Shown here one piece after another: positions 26,648 through 30,801 of a stretch of DNA of 30,801 nucleotides. Position numbers and translations under genes: made by a program. This DNA comes from Nitrospinota bacterium. Lineage in GTDB: Bacteria > Nitrospinota > Nitrospinia > Nitrospinales > VA-1. Location: the NCBI GenBank assembly GCA_038108555.1, contig JAYNIA010000002.1:169796-200596 (forward strand). The letters are read 5' to 3'. Under the pieces are notes generated by a model. It worked only from the letters and a program-made list of their open reading frames with translations. It did no database searches and was not told the DNA's origin. Every line of letters starts with the position of its first letter. Positions within the stretch are counted from its first letter, which is position 1.

Positions 26648-28102
26648 ATGCACCGCACAACCATCACGCAGGCACGAGAACTGCTGCAATCAAAAAAACT
26701 AACTTCCGTCCAATTGACAGAAGCGGTGTTTGCACGTATTGATGCGGTTGAAGACAAGGTAAAAGCCTACGCCCACTTGATGCGGGACAAAGCTCTTGAG
26801 CAAGCCAAAGCTGCAGATGCCAGAATCGCCAAAGGCGAAGAACGGCCTCTCCTCGGAGTGCCTATCGCATTGAAGGATTTGATCTGCGCACAGGGAAGCC
26901 GGACCACCTGCGCCTCTAAAATTCTCGATCAGTTTGTCGCACCTTACAACGCAACGGTGGTCAACCGACTCAATGACGCCGGAGCGGTAATCGTCGGCAA
27001 AACCAATATGGACGAATTCGCGATGGGTTCTTCCAATGAAAACTCCTCGCATCATGCCACTATGAATCCCTGGGCGCTTGACCGTGTCCCCGGTGGATCC
27101 AGCGGGGGTTCTGCAGCAGCGGTGGCTGCGCACGAATGCATGGCTGCCCTGGGTAGCGATACCGGAGGTTCCATTCGACAACCTTCTGCATTTTGCGGAG
27201 TGACAGGACTCAAGCCCACCTACGGTCGGGTTTCCCGATTCGGACTGGTTGCGTTTGCATCGTCATTAGACCAAATCGGACCGATTACCAAATCCGTGGC
27301 CGATGCCGCAACTTTAATGAATGTTATAGGAGGAAAAGACCCGCAAGACTCGACCTCTGCCGATGTCCCTCTACCCGATTTTACTCAGGCTTTGAACCAG
27401 GATATTAAAGGAATGAAACTTGGCATCCCGAAAGAATATTTCACCAGTGGCATGCAGCCCGATGTTGAAAAAGCCGTGCAGGAGGGAATACGCACTCTGG
27501 AATCTTTGGGAATGGAAACGGTGGAGGTTACTTTACCGCATCTCGATTATGCAGTGGCGACCTATTACATCATTGCCTGTGCAGAAGCCAGCACCAACCT
27601 TTCGCGTTATGATGGAGTCAAATACGGTCATCGGTCTTCAAAGTCCGACAACCTCATCAATATGTATGAAAATACCCGCTCGGAAGGATTTGGAGAGGAG
27701 GTTAAACGGCGGATCATTCTTGGAACGTTTGTTCTCAGCTCGGGTTATTACGATGCGTATTATTTAAAAGGCCAGCAGGTAAGAACGTTGATCAAGCAGG
27801 ACTTTGAAAACGCACTTGAAAAATGCGATGTCATTGCCGCACCGGTCACGCCTTATCCTGCATTTAAAATGGGAGAAAAGCTGGACGATCCCCTGCAAAT
27901 GTATCTGGCGGACATCTACACCATTTCCGCAAACCTGGCAGGCATTCCGGCCATGTCTATCCCCTGTGGGTTTGTGGGTGAGGAAAACCTTCCTGTCGGA
28001 CTGCAACTGATGGGCAAGCATTTTGACGAATCCAACCTGATTGCAGTCGGGCATAAATTTCAGCAGGCCACCGACTTCCACACCAAGCAGGCCCCGGTTT
28101 GA
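26648..28102 (+). CDS. gatA: Asp/Glu-tRNA amidotransferase subunit A
   Basis: Amidase signature [38 protein letters not shown], plus [11 protein letters not shown]. Start placed at ATG 26648, just after the gatC stop. Confidence 0.98.
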   Translation: MHRTTITQARELLQSKKLTSVQLTEAVFARIDAVEDKVKAYAHLMRDKALEQAKAADARIAKGEERPLLGVPIALKDLICAQGSRTTCASKILDQFVAPYNATVVNRLNDAGAVIVGKTNMDEFAMGSSNENSSHHATMNPWALDRVPGGSSGGSAAAVAAHECMAALGSDTGGSIRQPSAFCGVTGLKPTYGRVSRFGLVAFASSLDQIGPITKSVADAATLMNVIGGKDPQDSTSADVPLPDFTQALNQDIKGMKLGIPKEYFTSGMQPDVEKAVQEGIRTLESLGMETVEVTLPHLDYAVATYYIIACAEASTNLSRYDGVKYGHRSSKSDNLINMYENTRSEGFGEEVKRRIILGTFVLSSGYYDAYYLKGQQVRTLIKQDFENALEKCDVIAAPVTPYPAFKMGEKLDDPLQMYLADIYTISANLAGIPAMSIPCGFVGEENLPVGLQLMGKHFDESNLIAVGHKFQQATDFHTKQAPV

Positions 28103-28104
28103 TA

Positions 28105-28261
28105 TTCAATTAATCAAGAGACCTTTTCATAAATAACCCCGAGATCCTTCGATAAACTCAGGATGACATTTGAAAATCTATTGTTGCTGTCATGCTGAGC
28201 TTGTTGAAGCATCTTGTTTGGTTTCTTAGCTAATTCAGCAAAGGTCTCTTGATAAATTGAA
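28105..28261. repeat. Nested inverted-repeat element (MITE/REP-like)
   Basis: Outer IR 28105-28126 / 28240-28261 (21 of 22 match). Inner IR 28142-28168 / 28188-28214 (22 of 27 match). Fills the gap between convergent gatA and surE. Confidence 0.8.
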
Positions 28262-28271
28262 GTTTCATTCT

Positions 28272-29027
28272 TCAAATTTCAATTTTCCAGTCTTTTAGTT
28301 CATCCAGAGAGGGATAGTGGGTGAGATCAAAATGGATGGGTGCCACGGAGATGTATTTTTTCCCGACCATCACACAATCGGCACCTTGTTCTGTTTCTTC
28401 AAAAAGCATTTCTCCTGCCAGCCAGTAATAGGTTCTGCCACGCGGATCTTTGCGGCAGTCAAACTCTTCAATCACCCGCGATTTTCCCTGCCGGGTAATC
28501 GCAACCCCCGCGAATTCTGATTCGGGGACCGGGGGAACATTGATGTTCAATACCACACCTTCAGGCAAACCTTTTTGAAGCAACTGCGGAATGAATTTGC
28601 GGGTGAATTTTGCGGCAGGATTAAAATCAGGATTTTCATAAGTGTCGAGGGAAACCGCAATGCTCGGCACCCCCATCACCATCGCCTCGGTTGCGGCGGA
28701 TACCGTTCCCGAATAAAGCGCACAAATTCCCAGGTTACCACCCAGGTTGATTCCGGATACCACCAGCTTGGGAGGTTCTTCCAGTAAAACGGTGATAGCG
28801 AGTTTGACACAATCCGCCGGAGTTCCATTGACGGCATAACCGATGAACTCGCCTTCCTCTTCGACCTTTCTTACCTTGAGGGGTTGCGTCAAGGTAATCG
28901 CGTGGCCCATAGCACTTTGCTCACTTTCAGGTGCCACGATCGTTACATCGTCCAGGGCTAAAAGTTCTTTTCGGAGAACCCGCAAGCCTTCTGCATTGAA
29001 CCCATCATCATTACAAAGAAGAATCAT
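28272..29027 (-). CDS. surE: 5'/3'-nucleotidase SurE
   Basis: ILLCNDDG, VAPESEQSAMGHAIT, GTPADCV, VSGINLGGNLG...YSGTVSAA.EA, DPRGRTYYW. Confidence 0.97.
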   Translation of the reverse strand: MILLCNDDGFNAEGLRVLRKELLALDDVTIVAPESEQSAMGHAITLTQPLKVRKVEEEGEFIGYAVNGTPADCVKLAITVLLEEPPKLVVSGINLGGNLGICALYSGTVSAATEAMVMGVPSIAVSLDTYENPDFNPAAKFTRKFIPQLLQKGLPEGVVLNINVPPVPESEFAGVAITRQGKSRVIEEFDCRKDPRGRTYYWLAGEMLFEETEQGADCVMVGKKYISVAPIHFDLTHYPSLDELKDWKIEI

Positions 29028-29066
29028 CTATCAAACCTGTCAAATTGTCTCCGGTGAATGCACTGG

Positions 29067-29103
29067 AAAAAAAATAGGGCGTCACTGAACCGCGACGCCC
29101 TAT
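29067..29103 (-). terminator. Rho-independent terminator after the peroxiredoxin gene
   Basis: Minus strand TAGGGCGTCGC-GGTTCA-GTGACGCCCTA followed by a run of T. Confidence 0.85.
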
Positions 29104-29132
29104 ATCTACCCAAATGTAAAGACCCGCAGGGT

Positions 29133-29720
29133 CTAGTTGTGCTTTTCGAAATACTCTTTAGATCCTGATGGATCCGCTTTCATACCATCCGAACCTTCGT
29201 TCCAGTTGGCAGGACAAACTTCACCGTTTTTCTCGTGGAACTGAAGCGCGTCTACCATGCGCAGGGCTTCGTCGATATTACGTCCCAAAGGCAGGTTGTT
29301 GATCAATTGGTGTTGAACCACACCGTCTTTATCGATCAGGAACAAGCCTCGGAAAGCAATTCCCGCTTCGTGCATGACGCCATAGTCATAAGTAATTTTC
29401 TTGTTCACATCCGCAACGAGGGGATATTGAATTTCGCCCAGTCCACCCTGTTTTCGGTCTGTGTTTCTCCAGGCCAGATGAGAGAAATGGCTGTCGATGG
29501 AAACTCCCAGAACTTCCGTATTTCTTTTCTTGAACTCATCCATTTTCGTGCTGAAAGCAATGATCTCGGTCGGACAAACGAAAGTGAAATCGAGAGGATA
29601 GAAAAATAAAATGACGTATTTTCCTTTATAGTCAGAAAGTTTGATTTCTTTAAAACTGCCATCAGGCATTACCGCTTGCGCTGTAAAGTCTGGTGCAGGT
29701 TTGGCAACTAATGCAGACAT
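29133..29720 (-). CDS. 2-Cys peroxiredoxin (AhpC/TSA family)
   Basis: [15 protein letters not shown] (peroxidatic Cys) and GEVCPANW (resolving Cys). SD AGGAG. Confidence 0.97.
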   Translation of the reverse strand: MSALVAKPAPDFTAQAVMPDGSFKEIKLSDYKGKYVILFFYPLDFTFVCPTEIIAFSTKMDEFKKRNTEVLGVSIDSHFSHLAWRNTDRKQGGLGEIQYPLVADVNKKITYDYGVMHEAGIAFRGLFLIDKDGVVQHQLINNLPLGRNIDEALRMVDALQFHEKNGEVCPANWNEGSDGMKADPSGSKEYFEKHN

Positions 29721-29760
29721 GTTTAACTCCTAAAATAGAATCAGTAATAAATGGTGGCTT

Positions 29761-29790
29761 ACTCTACCATAGTTTTTACGATGCATTCAA
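29761..29790 (-). promoter_or_regulatory. Putative promoter for peroxiredoxin
   Basis: Minus strand TTGAAT-18 nt-TAGAGT with extended -10 TG. Confidence 0.45.
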
Positions 29791-29822
29791 TTGCCATAAA
29801 TCAGGAAAAACAAAGCCCTTTC

Positions 29823-29851
29823 TTGACACTCACAGCCCCGGTTCCTAAAAT
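29823..29851 (+). promoter_or_regulatory. Sigma70 promoter for the MBL hydrolase gene
   Basis: TTGACA-17 nt-TAAAAT, near consensus. Confidence 0.7.
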
Positions 29852-29898
29852 GATTCCAGTGCTACAGCATTGATTTTTTTAAACCTCTCGGTACTAAA

Positions 29899-30663
29899 AT
29901 GGAAATCTTGTTTTTGGGTACCGGTACCTCCACCGGTGTCCCTTCCCTGTGCTGCACCTGTGAAGTGTGCCTGTCCGAAGATGAAAGAAACAAACGCCTG
30001 CGCTCATCGATTCTGGTGAGACGGAACGGGCACACAATTCTGGTCGATACTTCCACCGATTTACGCCAACAATGCCTGCGTTATAACATTCAAAATATTG
30101 ATACGGTTTTATATACGCACCATCATGCGGATCATGTGCATGGGATCGACGAGTTAAGAAGTTTCAACTTCTTCAACAAAATTACCATCCCCTGTTACGG
30201 CAATCAGCAGACTCTGGATAATTTGAAAAAAAACTTCAGTTACATTTTTGGAGTCGCGGAACAAATCGGCGGAGGAATTCCACAGTTGGTCCCTCACACA
30301 TTCGAAAACAAAACTTATAAATTTGGAGATATTGAAGTCACGCCGCTGGACATTCAACACGGAAAACTGATGATTAATGGATTCCGATTTTTCGATTGCG
30401 CCTACATCACCGACTGCAGTGGCATTCCCGGTCACACTATGGAAAAGTTGAAAGGATTGAAGGTCCTCATCCTGAATGCGCTGGGATTCAAAGACCACGC
30501 CACGCATTTCAACCTCAGCCAGGCATTAGAAGCTGCGAAAGAAATCAAAGCCGAACGCACCATCCTAACCCACATCAATCACCAATATGATTTTGAAACT
30601 GTCTCAAAAGATTTACCTGAAAGCGTAGAACTGGCCGTCGATGGAATGAAGTTAACCTTCTAA
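29899..30663 (+). CDS. MBL-fold metallo-hydrolase (PhnP-like phosphodiesterase family)
   Basis: LGTGTSTGVP..CCTCEVC, RLRSSILV, DLRQQ, THHHADHVHGIDELR, YITD, THF, LTHINH, AVDGM. Confidence 0.93.
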   Translation: MEILFLGTGTSTGVPSLCCTCEVCLSEDERNKRLRSSILVRRNGHTILVDTSTDLRQQCLRYNIQNIDTVLYTHHHADHVHGIDELRSFNFFNKITIPCYGNQQTLDNLKKNFSYIFGVAEQIGGGIPQLVPHTFENKTYKFGDIEVTPLDIQHGKLMINGFRFFDCAYITDCSGIPGHTMEKLKGLKVLILNALGFKDHATHFNLSQALEAAKEIKAERTILTHINHQYDFETVSKDLPESVELAVDGMKLTF

Positions 30664-30720
30664 TATTTATCGGGTTTAAAAAGGGGACGTAGCTTTCAAG
30701 AGGCAACGTAGATTCGCAAA

Positions 30721-30801
30721 TTAAATTGCGAGATCCATTTTTTCATTTCGAGCAATCAGTAATGACCCCAAAAATTCTTTAGAGACATCCCTTTTGATAA
30801 C
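30721..30801 (-). CDS. Possible 3' end of a gene entering from the right edge (partial)
   Basis: The minus frame is open from the edge: VIKRDVSKEFLGSLLIARNEKMDLAI*. Too short to be sure it is coding. Confidence 0.35.
   Translation of the reverse strand, partial: VIKRDVSKEFLGSLLIARNEKMDLAI

Noticed and set aside
30711..30743. Weak hairpin TCGCAA/TTGCGA plus T tract after the MBL gene
   Set aside because: Short stem, the T tract is not adjacent, and it overlaps a possible opposite-strand stop codon. Too weak to call a terminator.
1..30801. CRISPR arrays, tRNA/rRNA genes, transposases, integrases, prophage or defence genes, recoding events
   Set aside because: I saw no regularly spaced repeats, no cloverleaf or rRNA motifs, no such protein motifs, and no interrupted core genes.

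Overview
This is a gene-dense bacterial core-genome region. The gene content and synteny (recA-recX, lysS-lolE-lolD-lpxD, pheT-zapB-zapA-6S-ygfA-rny, rnr-comEC, gatCA) fit a Gram-negative organism, plausibly Nitrospinota or deltaproteobacteria-like; that placement is an inference and not a database result. About 25 complete CDS can be called, most of them housekeeping, plus a 6S RNA at 16741-16925 (-). I see no CRISPR array, rRNA, tRNA, prophage, transposase or defence system. The least explained features are non-coding or small: (1) a ~245-nt multi-hairpin element with a long-range closing stem between 6S RNA and the 5-formyl-THF cyclo-ligase gene, containing a 34-codon ORF; (2) a 157-bp nested inverted-repeat (MITE/REP-like) element between gatA and surE; (3) a near-consensus promoter predicting a leaderless zapB mRNA, with a palindrome in its spacer; (4) an inverted repeat over the recA promoter; (5) a shortened pheT separated from pheS; (6) a secreted 27-residue LRR protein; (7) several small unknown proteins. 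Nothing here amounts to a proven new multi-gene system. The structured element next to 6S is the best candidate for something undescribed.
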